NCBI GenBank assembly: GCA_965237415.1
Contig: CBDEFM010000002.1
Span: 1,376,001 to 1,440,000 of the forward strand
From: Alphaproteobacteria bacterium
GTDB lineage: Bacteria > Pseudomonadota > Alphaproteobacteria > UBA828
DNA: 64,000 nt
Direction of reading: 5' to 3'
Shown here: one piece after another, positions 9,822 to 19,006 of the stretch
Layout of the letters: the number at the start of each line of letters is the position of its first letter
Numbering within the stretch: position 1 is the first letter of the stretch
Notes under the pieces: model-generated
Told to the model about the DNA's origin: nothing
Seen by the model: only the letters and a program-made list of their open reading frames with translations
The model's database searches: none
Translations under genes and position numbers: made by a program

Positions 9822-11048
9822 ATGGCGCCGATGGACGCGGCGGTCGACGTCCGGCCTGAGCCGTATTTCCCCACCGCCGCTGAGGGGACGACGCCCCGGC
9901 GCGTCACGATCCTGGGCTCCACCGGCTCGATCGGCTGCAACACCATCGACCTGATCGCCCGCCACCCGGGCGCGTTCGAGGTCGAGGCGCTGACCGCCCA
10001 GCGCAGCGTCGAGCGGCTGGCCGAACAGGCCCGTGCGGTCGGCGCCAGGCAGGCCGTCATCGGCGATCCCGCGCTCTACGGCGCCCTCAAGGAGGCGCTC
10101 GCCGGGACCGAGACGGCGGCAGCCGCCGGCGCGCAAGCCCTGGTCGAAGCCGCCGCCGCGCCCGCCGATTTCGTGATGGCCGGCATCGTCGGCGCTGCCG
10201 GGCTCCGGCCTACGCTCGCAGCAGCCGCGCAGGGCACCATCATCGGTCTCGCCAACAAGGAGTGTCTGGTCTGCGCCGGCACGCTCATGCTGGCCGAGGT
10301 CGAGCGCGGCGGGGCGACGCTGCTTCCGGTCGATTCGGAGCACAACGCCATCTTCCAGGTGTTCGACTTCGAGCGCAGCGAGGGCGTCGAGAAGATCGTG
10401 CTCACCGCCTCGGGCGGGCCGTTCCGCGAGGCGTCGATGGAAACCATGGCCCAGGCCACGCCGGAACAGGCCGTCGCCCACCCCAACTGGGACATGGGCG
10501 CCAAGATTTCGGTGGATTCGGCAACCATGATGAACAAGGGCCTCGAGACGATCGAGGCCTTTTACCTGTTCCCGGTGGACGCGGAGCAGATCGAGGTGCT
10601 GGTGCACCCGCAATCGGTGATCCACAGCATGGTCGCCTATGCGGACGGCTCGGTGCTCGCGCAGCTCGGCACGCCCGACATGCGCACGCCGATCGCCTAT
10701 ACCCTCGCCTGGCCGGCCCGCATGGCGGCGCCCTCGCCCCGGCTCGATCTTGCGGCCCTCGGCCGCCTCACCTTCGAGCCGCCGGACCCGGTGCGCTTCC
10801 CCGCCCTTCGCCTCGCGCGCGAGGCGCTCACCCAGGGCGGCAGCGCGCCGATCGTGTTGAACGCCGCCAACGAGATCGCAGTCAGCAGCTTCCTCGAGCG
10901 CCGCATCGGCTTCCTGGAGATCGCGCGAACGGTCGAGCGCTGTCTGGAGCAGACCAACCACTGCGCCGTCACCGGGCTCGACGACGTGTACGAGATCGAC
11001 GGTGCCGCCAGGGAGCGTGCCGCGCGCTTGCTCGATGGCGCCGGCTGA
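9822..11048 (+). CDS. dxr: 1-deoxy-D-xylulose-5-phosphate reductoisomerase
   Basis: LGSTGSIG, LANKE, LPVDSEHNAIFQ, TASGGPFR, HPNWDMGAKISVDSATMMNKGLE. Confidence 0.96.
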   Translation: MAPMDAAVDVRPEPYFPTAAEGTTPRRVTILGSTGSIGCNTIDLIARHPGAFEVEALTAQRSVERLAEQARAVGARQAVIGDPALYGALKEALAGTETAAAAGAQALVEAAAAPADFVMAGIVGAAGLRPTLAAAAQGTIIGLANKECLVCAGTLMLAEVERGGATLLPVDSEHNAIFQVFDFERSEGVEKIVLTASGGPFREASMETMAQATPEQAVAHPNWDMGAKISVDSATMMNKGLETIEAFYLFPVDAEQIEVLVHPQSVIHSMVAYADGSVLAQLGTPDMRTPIAYTLAWPARMAAPSPRLDLAALGRLTFEPPDPVRFPALRLAREALTQGGSAPIVLNAANEIAVSSFLERRIGFLEIARTVERCLEQTNHCAVTGLDDVYEIDGAARERAARLLDGAG

Positions 11049-11066
11049 CGGCGCGGGGCCAAGCGG

Positions 11067-11951
11067 ATGACGACGACTGCATCTGCGGCTGTGGGGGCAC
11101 CGGGCGGCCCTGCACCGGCGGCGCGCGAGGAGAACATCGGCGCGCTGATCCGCGCGAACAGCGAGAACTTTCCCGTCGGTTCCTTCCTGATCCCGCCCGA
11201 TTGCCGGCCCCACGTGCACGCGTTCTACCTGTTCGCGCGAAAGGCCGACGACATCGCCGATTCGCCGACCATCCCGGCGGCCGAGAAAGTGGCCCGGCTT
11301 CAGGCCGCGAGCGACGCCCTCGGCAAGGACGAAGCGGCGCTGCCCGATTGGGCGGTGCCCTACCACCGGAGCCTGATCGAGACCGGCTGCGCGGCAGAGA
11401 ACGGGCGCGACCTGCTCTCCGCCTTCATCCAGGACGCGACCAAGCTGCGCTACGCCGACTGGGACGATCTGATGGACTACTGCCAGCGCTCGGCGGCCTC
11501 GGTGGGCCGGGTGATGATGGACATCCACGGGGAGAGCCGGCACGCCGACATCGAGGGCTCGGACGCTCTCTGCAATGCCCTGCAGGTGCTCAACCACCTG
11601 CAGGACTGCCGCGAGGATTACCTTGCGCTGGATCGCGTCTACCTGCCGGAACCGTGGCTCAAGGAGGCCGGCGGCGGCGTCGAGATGCTCGCCGAACGGC
11701 AGGCAGCACCGGCTGTGCGCCGCACCATCGACCGGTGCCTGGAGCACACGGCGGACCTGCTCAGGCGCGCCGAGGCGATGCCGCGCACGGTCCGCCGGCG
11801 GCGCTTTCGCTGGGAGTGCGCGGTGATCGTCAAGCTGGCCTGGGCGCTCCATCGCAGGCTCGCCAATGGCGACCCCCTCGCCGGCCGGATCAGGGTGCCG
11901 ACGCCGAGCCGCGTGGGCCTCGCGCTGAGCGGCATCGTTCAGGCATGGTGA
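11067..11951 (+). CDS. hpnC: Squalene synthase HpnC (hydroxysqualene synthase)
   Basis: ENFPVGSFL, FARKADDIAD, AFIQD, YCQRSAASVGR, LQVLNHLQD, RVYLP. Confidence 0.88.
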   Translation: MTTTASAAVGAPGGPAPAAREENIGALIRANSENFPVGSFLIPPDCRPHVHAFYLFARKADDIADSPTIPAAEKVARLQAASDALGKDEAALPDWAVPYHRSLIETGCAAENGRDLLSAFIQDATKLRYADWDDLMDYCQRSAASVGRVMMDIHGESRHADIEGSDALCNALQVLNHLQDCREDYLALDRVYLPEPWLKEAGGGVEMLAERQAAPAVRRTIDRCLEHTADLLRRAEAMPRTVRRRRFRWECAVIVKLAWALHRRLANGDPLAGRIRVPTPSRVGLALSGIVQAW

Positions 11952-11962
11952 GCACGGCGGTG

Positions 11963-12230
11963 AGCCCGCATTTCTCACCATGGTCGTGGCCTGCGTCGCG
12001 CCCAGGCGTTCGATCCGCCAGGAGTGGGCCGAAAAGCGTATCGGGGAATACGGTTGAGGCCCGCGACGCCGCGGGCGGGCGCCTGGGCGCGACCCGAAGG
12101 GCGGCGCCTTCAGGGCGACAGGGTGCGTCAAGACGCTTGCCCGATGTCCCCGCATCGCGCTGCGCGCCTTTCCTGCCCTGTCGCCCTGAAGGCGCCGCGC
12201 AGACCATGACCCTGGTGAGAAATGCGGGCT
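11963..12230. mobile_element. MITE-like structured repeat, copy 2 (268 bp, inverted relative to copy 1), inserted in the 5' end of hpnD
   Basis: TIR AGCCCGCATTTCTCACCA...TGGTGAGAAATGCGGGCT; removing it restores the frame (M)VSTAV-SLPIPEAP. Confidence 0.85.
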
Positions 12231-13091
12231 AGCCTGCCGATCCCGGAGGCCCCCGATCCGAAGCGCTATGTCGCCGAGGTGACGCGAGCGTCGAGGAGCT
12301 CGTTCTTCCTGCCGATGCTGCTGCTGCCGCGCGAGAAGCGCGAGGCGATGCTGGCGCTCTACGCCTTTTGCCGGGAGACCGACGACGTCGCCGACGAGAT
12401 CGAGGACCCGGCGCAGTCGCGCGCCTTGATCGAGGCCTGGCGCGGCGAGGTCCGGGCGCTCTACCAGGGTGCACCCCGCCACCCGGTGACCCGAGCCCTC
12501 GCCGCCCCGGTCGAACGCTTCGGGCTCGCCGAGCGGCACTTCATGGAGATACTTGAGGGCTTCGAGATGGATGGCGGCGGTGCCATGTTGCGGCCGACCC
12601 TCGCCGAGCTCGAGCGCTACTGCCACTGCGTCGCCGGTTGCGTCGGCCTGCTCTCGGTCGAGATCTTCGGGTACCGCGCGCGAACCATCCCCACCTTCGC
12701 GCGCCACCTCGGCCAGGCGTTTCAACTCACCAACATCCTCCGCGACGTGGCGGAGGACGCCAAGCGCGGCCGCATCTACCTGCCGCAGGAGCTGCTGGAG
12801 CGCCACGGCCTCGCGGACATCGGACCGGAGGCAATCGGGCGCACGCCCGGGGTCGAGAAGGTCTGCGGCGCCCTCGGCGGGATGGCGCGGCGGCGCTTCG
12901 GCGCCGCGAGCGAGGCGCTGCCACGCTCGGAGCGGCGTTCCATGCGGCCCGCCATCCTCATGCGCAGCGTCTACGAAGCCTATCTCGACCGCATCGAGCG
13001 GGCGGGCTTTCCGGTCGCAGGCCGGCGCATCAGGTTCACCGCGACGCAGAAGTTGCGCCTGGTCATGGGCGGGCTGCTGCGGACGATCTGA
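12222..13091 (+). CDS. hpnD: Presqualene diphosphate synthase HpnD (current ATG lies inside the element's right TIR)
   Basis: SSFF, ALYAFCRETDDVAD, GFEMD, YCHCVAGCVG, FQLTNILRDVAEDAKRGRIYLP. Confidence 0.88.
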   Translation: MRASLPIPEAPDPKRYVAEVTRASRSSFFLPMLLLPREKREAMLALYAFCRETDDVADEIEDPAQSRALIEAWRGEVRALYQGAPRHPVTRALAAPVERFGLAERHFMEILEGFEMDGGGAMLRPTLAELERYCHCVAGCVGLLSVEIFGYRARTIPTFARHLGQAFQLTNILRDVAEDAKRGRIYLPQELLERHGLADIGPEAIGRTPGVEKVCGALGGMARRRFGAASEALPRSERRSMRPAILMRSVYEAYLDRIERAGFPVAGRRIRFTATQKLRLVMGGLLRTI

Positions 13092-13133
13092 GCGAAGCGG
13101 CTTCCCCGGCCTCGCCTCGGCCGGCGCAGGGTG

Positions 13134-13164
13134 CTTGCGGGCGGCAAGGGCACGACCATATAAC
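13134..13164 (+). promoter_or_regulatory. Putative promoter for the lgt operon (CTTG...CCATATAAC, sigma32/sigma70-like)
   Basis: CTTGCGG-18nt-TATAAC upstream of lgt. Confidence 0.35.
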
Positions 13165-13268
13165 CAGCCCCGCCGCGCGGAACTTTATGGAGCCGTAGAT
13201 GGCGCGCTTACTGAGTGCGGGCCGCGCCGCACCCTTCACGACTATCTGAGCAGGGACGACCCCTATCG

Positions 13269-14084
13269 ATGACCTTCGCCCTCGCCTTCCCCGCCATCGA
13301 CCCGGTGGCCGTCGAGATCGGCCCCGTCGCCATACGCTGGTACGCGCTCGCCTATGTGGTCGGCCTGCTGCTCGGCTGGCAGTACGTTCGGTATCTCGCC
13401 GAGAAACGCATCGACGGACTGACCAAGCGCCACGCGGACGACCTGGTGGTGTGGTGCACCCTCGGCATCGTCGTGGGCGGCAGGCTCGGCTACGTGCTGT
13501 TCTATCAACCTGGCTATTACTTCGCCAATCCGGGAGAAATTTTGGTGGTCTGGCAGGGGGGCATGTCCTTTCACGGCGGGCTCCTTGGGGTGCTGGTTGT
13601 CGTGGTCCTCTACGCCCGCGTTATGAAAATCAGCCTGCTCTCCGTCGCCGATGCGATCGGCGCGCAGGTGCCGATCGGCCTCTTTCTGGGCCGTATCGCA
13701 AATTTCATCAACGGCGAGCTGTACGGCCGGGCCAGCGATGTTGCCTGGGCGATGGTGTTCCCGCACGGCGGGCCTGAGCCGCGCCACCCGAGCCAGCTCT
13801 ACGAGGCGGTCCTGGAAGGCCTCGTCCTGTTCGCAATCCTGGCGGTCGCTGTGCATGTGCGGCGGCTGGTCCGGCGGCCGGGCACCGTCGCCGGGCTCTT
13901 CTTCGTCGGTTACGGCGTCGCCCGGATCATCGGCGAGGTATTCCGCGAGCCCGATGCGTTCCTCGGCTTCATCGTGCCCGGCCTCACCATGGGGCAGGTG
14001 CTCTCGCTCCCGATGATCGTGATCGGGCTCTTCCTCATCCTTCGCATCCCGCCGGTGCCGCGGGCGGGCGGACAAACCGGGTGA
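13269..14084 (+). CDS. lgt: Prolipoprotein diacylglyceryl transferase
   Basis: IRWYALAY, GGRLGYVLFY, GGMSFHGG, GRIANFINGELYGR, HPSQLYE, LTMGQVLS. Confidence 0.96.
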   Translation: MTFALAFPAIDPVAVEIGPVAIRWYALAYVVGLLLGWQYVRYLAEKRIDGLTKRHADDLVVWCTLGIVVGGRLGYVLFYQPGYYFANPGEILVVWQGGMSFHGGLLGVLVVVVLYARVMKISLLSVADAIGAQVPIGLFLGRIANFINGELYGRASDVAWAMVFPHGGPEPRHPSQLYEAVLEGLVLFAILAVAVHVRRLVRRPGTVAGLFFVGYGVARIIGEVFREPDAFLGFIVPGLTMGQVLSLPMIVIGLFLILRIPPVPRAGGQTG

Positions 14085-15178
14085 TGACGGCTCTGGCGGC
14101 GGAGATCCGGGAGCGGATTCGGCGGGAGGGACCGCTCAGCGTCGCCACCTACATGGAGCTCTGCCTGTCTCACCCGACGCTCGGCTATTACCGCCGCGGC
14201 CTGCCCATCGGCGCCGCAGGCGACTTCATCACCGCGCCCGAGGTGAGCCAGATGTTCGGCGAGTTGATCGGGCTCTGGTGCGCGGCGGTATGGCAGACCA
14301 TGGGCCGGCCCCGGCGTGTGGGCGTGGTCGAGCTCGGTCCGGGCCGCGGCACGCTGCTCGCCGATGCGCTGCGTGCCGCAGGGACGGTGCCGCACTTTCG
14401 CGATGCCATCGAGGTGCACCTGGTCGAGTCGAGCGAAACCCTGCGCGCCGAGCAGGCCGCCCGGCTCGGCGACGCACAGCCGACCTGGCACGAGCGTTTC
14501 GAGACCGTACCGCCCGGCCCGGCGCTCGTCATTGCGAACGAATTCTTCGATGCCTTGCCGATCCGTCAGTTCGAGCGGATCGGCGAAACCTGGCGGGAGC
14601 GGGTCGTGATGCTCGCGCCGTCATCCGAGGCGCTCCGCTTCGCCGCCGCCGGCGCACCGTGTCCTGAGGCTTCGGACCTCGTGGTCGCGCAGGCCGGCGC
14701 AATCATCGAGCGGGCACCGGCAAGGGAAGCGCTGGCTGCGACCCTCGCCGCGCGGATCGCGACCGACGGCGGCGCGGCGCTCGTCTTCGACTATGGGCAC
14801 GAACGGCCGGGTACCGGCGATACGCTTCAGGCGATGAGAAGCCACCGCCGGCACGGCGTGCTGGACGCGCCCGGCACCGCCGACCTCACAGCCCACGTGG
14901 ATTTCTCCGCGTTGGCGGCGGCGGCGCGGCAGGCGGGAGCCAACGCGTTCGGTCCGGTGCCCCAGGGTCGCTTCTTGCGGGCCCTCGGTATCGAAGCACG
15001 GGCGGCCCGGCTGCGGCAGGATGCAAGTGCCGAGCAAGCGGTGGCCGTCGACAGCGCGCTTCGTCGCCTCATCGGCACGCACGGGATGGGCGCGCTGTTC
15101 AAGGTGCTGGCGATCGCCCACCCGGCGCTGGGCGCACCGCCCGGTTTCGAGCACCTGGGGCGAGCAGAGGCGCCATGA
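14081..15178 (+). CDS. SAM-dependent methyltransferase, MidA/NDUFAF7 family
   Basis: GDFITAPEVSQMFGE, ELGPGRGTL, ANEFFDALP, ADLTAHVDF; lgt-midA-pgeF synteny. Confidence 0.92.
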   Translation: MMTALAAEIRERIRREGPLSVATYMELCLSHPTLGYYRRGLPIGAAGDFITAPEVSQMFGELIGLWCAAVWQTMGRPRRVGVVELGPGRGTLLADALRAAGTVPHFRDAIEVHLVESSETLRAEQAARLGDAQPTWHERFETVPPGPALVIANEFFDALPIRQFERIGETWRERVVMLAPSSEALRFAAAGAPCPEASDLVVAQAGAIIERAPAREALAATLAARIATDGGAALVFDYGHERPGTGDTLQAMRSHRRHGVLDAPGTADLTAHVDFSALAAAARQAGANAFGPVPQGRFLRALGIEARAARLRQDASAEQAVAVDSALRRLIGTHGMGALFKVLAIAHPALGAPPGFEHLGRAEAP

Positions 15179-15954
15179 GCGAGCCGATCCGCCACGCTCT
15201 CCTGGACGATCCGAACGGCCGGGTCCGTCACGGCTTCTTCGGCCGCGCCGGCGGTGTCAGCGACGGGCTCTACCGCTCGCTCAATTGCGGCTACGGCTCG
15301 AGCGACGATCCCGAGGCCATCGCCGAGAACCGCGCGCGGGCGATGAGCGCCTGCGGGCTCGCGCCGGCGGCACTCTGCACCGCCTATCAGGTCCACAGCG
15401 CCGAGGCGCTCGTCGTGACCGCGCCCTGGCCGCGGGATGAGGCGCCTCGGGTCGACACCATGGCGACGGCGACGCCTGGCCTGGCGCTTGCGATCCTTAC
15501 GGCCGATTGCGTGCCGGTGTTGCTGGCGGATCGCGAGGCCGGCGTGATCGGCGCGGCCCATGCCGGCTGGCGCGGCGCGCTGAACGGGGTCGTGGAGGCT
15601 GCGGTCGAGGCCATGCTTGGCCTGGGCGCGCGGGCGAAAGACATCCGGGCGGTGATCGGCCCCGCTATCGGCCGCGCGTCCTACGAGGTCGGACCCGAGT
15701 TTCCGGCGCCGTTTCTGGCCCGCAATCCCCAGGACAAAGACCTCTTTGCACAGGCGGAACGGGAGGAGCACTTCCTCTTCGACATCACGGTCTATGTCGC
15801 GCGCCGCCTGAGCCGCCTCGGCCTTGCGGCGGTGGCTGCGACCGGCGGCGACACCTGCGCCGAGGCCGACCGATACTTCAGCTATCGCCGGAGCGTTCAC
15901 CGCAGCGAGCCCGACTACGGACGAAACATCTCCATCGTGGGGCTCGGCGAGTAA
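15175..15954 (+). CDS. pgeF: Peptidoglycan editing factor / purine nucleoside phosphorylase PgeF (YfiH)
   Basis: HGFFGRAGGVS, SLNCG, QVHS, TADCVPVL, AHAGWRG, YFSYRR. Confidence 0.93.
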   Translation: MSEPIRHALLDDPNGRVRHGFFGRAGGVSDGLYRSLNCGYGSSDDPEAIAENRARAMSACGLAPAALCTAYQVHSAEALVVTAPWPRDEAPRVDTMATATPGLALAILTADCVPVLLADREAGVIGAAHAGWRGALNGVVEAAVEAMLGLGARAKDIRAVIGPAIGRASYEVGPEFPAPFLARNPQDKDLFAQAEREEHFLFDITVYVARRLSRLGLAAVAATGGDTCAEADRYFSYRRSVHRSEPDYGRNISIVGLGE

Positions 15955-15955
15955 G

Positions 15956-16036
15956 ATGCCCTACGTGATTATCTTTGGCGTGCTCCTGTTCGTCGGGCTG
16001 GTGGCGAGCTGCGTCTTGACGGCGTCGACTCCATGA
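15956..16036 (+). CDS. Putative 26-aa hydrophobic microprotein [26 protein letters not shown]
   Basis: ATG 1 nt after pgeF stop; TGA overlaps next ATG (ATGA); single transmembrane-like segment. Confidence 0.45.
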   Translation: MPYVIIFGVLLFVGLVASCVLTASTP

Positions 16037-17250
16037 TTGAGCGGGCCGGCACGGCCGCCGCCCGCCGCCGGTGGGCGTTGGCGTGCGCGCTCGTCTTCGT
16101 CTTGTGCGGGGCGCTCGCGGCCTGCGGCGATCTGCCCAGGCCTTTCCAACCGGCCGAGAAGAGTACAAAGGCGTGGTCGGCGCCTGGAGACATCGCCTGG
16201 GGAAGCATCCTGGTGCCGCCCATCGCCGGTCTGCCCCCGCTCCAATCGGCGGCGCTGGCGGACGAGGTCGTGGAGGCGCTGCAGGTGCGCGACGTGCCGG
16301 CGAGCACCCGCGCCGGCGGCCGCGGCAGCATCGTTCTGGCGGGGCGCGTCTCAGTCGTCTCAGGCAAGTTGAGGTGGACGCTGGTCACGCCCGACGGCGA
16401 GACCGCGCTCCGTTTCGAGGAATCGCTGCTCGATGCGGCACGGCTCGACGAAACGGCACCGCATCTGGCCGCCATCGCCGCGCGGGCTGCGCGGCGAATC
16501 GCTGCGGCTCTGGAACCGCCGGCGGCCGATGATGGCGTCGCTCGATCTGCGGGTCCCGTGGTGCTCGAAGGCGTTCACGGCGCGCCGGGCGACGGCGGGA
16601 TCGCCCTTGCCCGCGCCATGCGGCATTCCCTCGCCCGCATCGGCATCGCCGTCGCCGATGACAAGGACGGGGAGGCCCGTCTGATCTCGGGCCGGGTCTC
16701 GGTGGTCCGGGACGACACCGCATCGGACGATGCCACCGTGACGATTGCCTGGGATGTGCTGCGGCCCGACGGCAAGAGGCTCGGCACCGTCACCCAGAGC
16801 AACCGCGTCTCGGTAGAGCGGTTGACCGGCCCCTGGGGTGCGTTGGCAGGGATCGTGGCGCGCGCAGGCGCGCCAGGCATCGCGCAACTGCTCGGGCAGA
16901 CCGAGGCATCACGGGTCGCCGAGGCGCCTCGACGCTGGACGCCTGCGGAGCTGCCGATCCGGACGCCGGCCGAAACGTCGCCCTCGCCGACCCAATCTCC
17001 GACCGAGGCTCGGCCCGTGCCGGCGGTCGCAACGCCCATCGAGGCGCCAATCGCGCTCGCGGTCGAAGCGCATTCCGCGCGATCCACGCCGATTACCGAA
17101 GCGCGGGCTGCGCCGCCCGAACCGCCCGCCGCGGCGCCGCCCACGCCGCTTTTCAGGCCGCTGTTCAGGCCGCTACCCACGCCGCCGTCCAAGCCGCGGC
17201 CCGAGGCGCCGATCGCGGTCTCGATCGTGGTCTCCGTAGCGGCTCAGTAA
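16033..17250 (+). CDS. Hypothetical lipoprotein with Pro/Ala-rich C-terminal tail
   Basis: Lipobox LAA-C ([11 protein letters not shown]); GAPGDG...LARAM and GTVTQSN segments; lies upstream of prs. Confidence 0.7.
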   Translation: MIERAGTAAARRRWALACALVFVLCGALAACGDLPRPFQPAEKSTKAWSAPGDIAWGSILVPPIAGLPPLQSAALADEVVEALQVRDVPASTRAGGRGSIVLAGRVSVVSGKLRWTLVTPDGETALRFEESLLDAARLDETAPHLAAIAARAARRIAAALEPPAADDGVARSAGPVVLEGVHGAPGDGGIALARAMRHSLARIGIAVADDKDGEARLISGRVSVVRDDTASDDATVTIAWDVLRPDGKRLGTVTQSNRVSVERLTGPWGALAGIVARAGAPGIAQLLGQTEASRVAEAPRRWTPAELPIRTPAETSPSPTQSPTEARPVPAVATPIEAPIALAVEAHSARSTPITEARAAPPEPPAAAPPTPLFRPLFRPLPTPPSKPRPEAPIAVSIVVSVAAQ

Positions 17251-17357
17251 CGTCGTTTACAGGGCAGGGTCAGATTGATACAGTTCGCGCGCCTTCGGGG
17301 CCTGTGGCACGGCCCGGCAGGTTTCATCCCGTCCTACACTCCAGGGAACCGTCATCG

Positions 17358-18290
17358 ATGAAGCTCGTTGCCGGGAACAGCAACCGGCCGCTGGCGGAGG
17401 CGATCGCGGCGGCGCTCGGCACCGAGCTGACGCGCATCTCGATCCGCCGCTTCGCCGATTCCGAGATCTTTATCGAGATCCTCGACAATGTGCGCGGCGA
17501 GGATGTCTTCCTGATCCAATCGACATCGACGCCGACCAACGACAACCTGATGGAGTTGCTGGTCTGCCTCGATGCCCTGAAGCGCGCCTCGGCCCGGCGG
17601 GTGACGGCGGTCATGCCCTATTACGGCTACGCGCGACAGGACCGGAAGTCGGCGCCGCGAACGCCGATTTCCGCCAAGCTCGTCGCCAACCTGATCGAGG
17701 CGGGCGGCGCCAACCGGGTTCTCACCCTCGACCTGCATGCGGGTCAGATCCAGGGCTTCTTCGACATTCCGGTGGACAATCTCTACGCGGCGCCGGTCAT
17801 GGTCGAACACATCAAGCAGAACTACAACAACGAGACGCTGATGTTCGTCTCGCCCGATGTGGGCGGCGTGCTGCGCGCGCGGGCCATGGCCAAACGCTTC
17901 AACGCCGACCTCTCGATCGTCGACAAGAGGCGTGAGCAGGCGGGCCAGTCGGAAGTCATGAACATCATCGGCGATGTCGAGGGCCGCCACTGCATCATCG
18001 TGGACGATATCGTCGATTCGGCAGGCACGCTCTGCAACGCGGCCGCCGCTCTCAAGGAAGCGGGCGCGAAGGCCGTCCACGCCTACGTCTCGCACGCGGT
18101 GCTTTCGGGCGACGCGACGGCGCGGGTCTCGTCATCGGCGCTCGAATCGCTGGTGGTGACCGACAGCATTCAGATCACCGAAGCCGTAGAGAGCGCGGCG
18201 AATATCCGCGTGCTCTCCATCGCGCAGTTGATGGCGGAATCGATCCTCCGCATCAGCTCAGAGACCTCCGTCTCGAGCCTCTTCGACTGA
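17358..18290 (+). CDS. prs: Ribose-phosphate pyrophosphokinase
   Basis: [40 protein letters not shown]. Confidence 0.97.
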   Translation: MKLVAGNSNRPLAEAIAAALGTELTRISIRRFADSEIFIEILDNVRGEDVFLIQSTSTPTNDNLMELLVCLDALKRASARRVTAVMPYYGYARQDRKSAPRTPISAKLVANLIEAGGANRVLTLDLHAGQIQGFFDIPVDNLYAAPVMVEHIKQNYNNETLMFVSPDVGGVLRARAMAKRFNADLSIVDKRREQAGQSEVMNIIGDVEGRHCIIVDDIVDSAGTLCNAAAALKEAGAKAVHAYVSHAVLSGDATARVSSSALESLVVTDSIQITEAVESAANIRVLSIAQLMAESILRISSETSVSSLFD

Positions 18291-18321
18291 CACGCGGCAA
18301 GCATCCTGGGGAAATACGATC

Positions 18322-19005
18322 ATGAGTGACGAAGCAACAATCGAGGCACTGCCGCGCGAGCCGCGCGGCAAGGGGGGCGCGCGGGCGCTCAGGCGCGAAG
18401 GCCGCACGCCCGCCATCGTCTACGGCGGCGGCGGCGAGCCGCTCTCCGTTTCGCTCGACTACAACGTGCTGGAACGCGAGCTCGGACAGCGTGGCTTCTT
18501 CGCCCGCCTCTACGACCTCAAGGTCAATGGCGACGTCATTCGGGTTCTGCCCCGCGACGTTCAGCTCGATCCGGTCACCGATGCGCCGATCCACATCGAC
18601 TTCGTCCGCTACGTCGCAGGCGCGACGCTCGCGGTTTCGGTCGAGGTCCGCTTCGAGGGTCAGGAGGAAAGCGAGGGCCTGAAGCGCGGCGGCGTGCTCA
18701 ATATCGTCCGCCACGAGGTCGAGCTCCTGTGCCCGCTGGAGGCGATCCCAGAATTTCTTGTGGCAGACGTGGCCGGACGCGAGATCGGCGACAGCATCCA
18801 CATCAGCGACATCGCCCTGCCGGAGGGCGTCACGCCCACCATCACCGACCGGGATTTCACCGTCGCCACCATCGCCGCGCCCACGGTCATCGTCGAACCG
18901 GAGGACGAGGAGGAAGGCGAAGAGGGCGACGAATTGGAAGCTGGCGAGGAGGCAGCGGAGGGGGACGACGAAGCCGCTCCGTCGGGCGACGGCGAGGACT
19001 CCTAA
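18322..19005 (+). CDS. rplY: 50S ribosomal protein L25/Ctc
   Basis: GKGGARALRREGRTPAIVYGGG, DVQLDPVTDAPIHIDF, IGDSIHISD, acidic tail. Confidence 0.96.
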   Translation: MSDEATIEALPREPRGKGGARALRREGRTPAIVYGGGGEPLSVSLDYNVLERELGQRGFFARLYDLKVNGDVIRVLPRDVQLDPVTDAPIHIDFVRYVAGATLAVSVEVRFEGQEESEGLKRGGVLNIVRHEVELLCPLEAIPEFLVADVAGREIGDSIHISDIALPEGVTPTITDRDFTVATIAAPTVIVEPEDEEEGEEGDELEAGEEAAEGDDEAAPSGDGEDS

Positions 19006-19006
19006 C

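Noticed and set aside
9363-12806. 1147-aa minus-strand ORF
   Set aside because: Antisense shadow of GC-rich dxr/hpnC/hpnD codons; only the last 110 aa (PhhB) look like a real protein.
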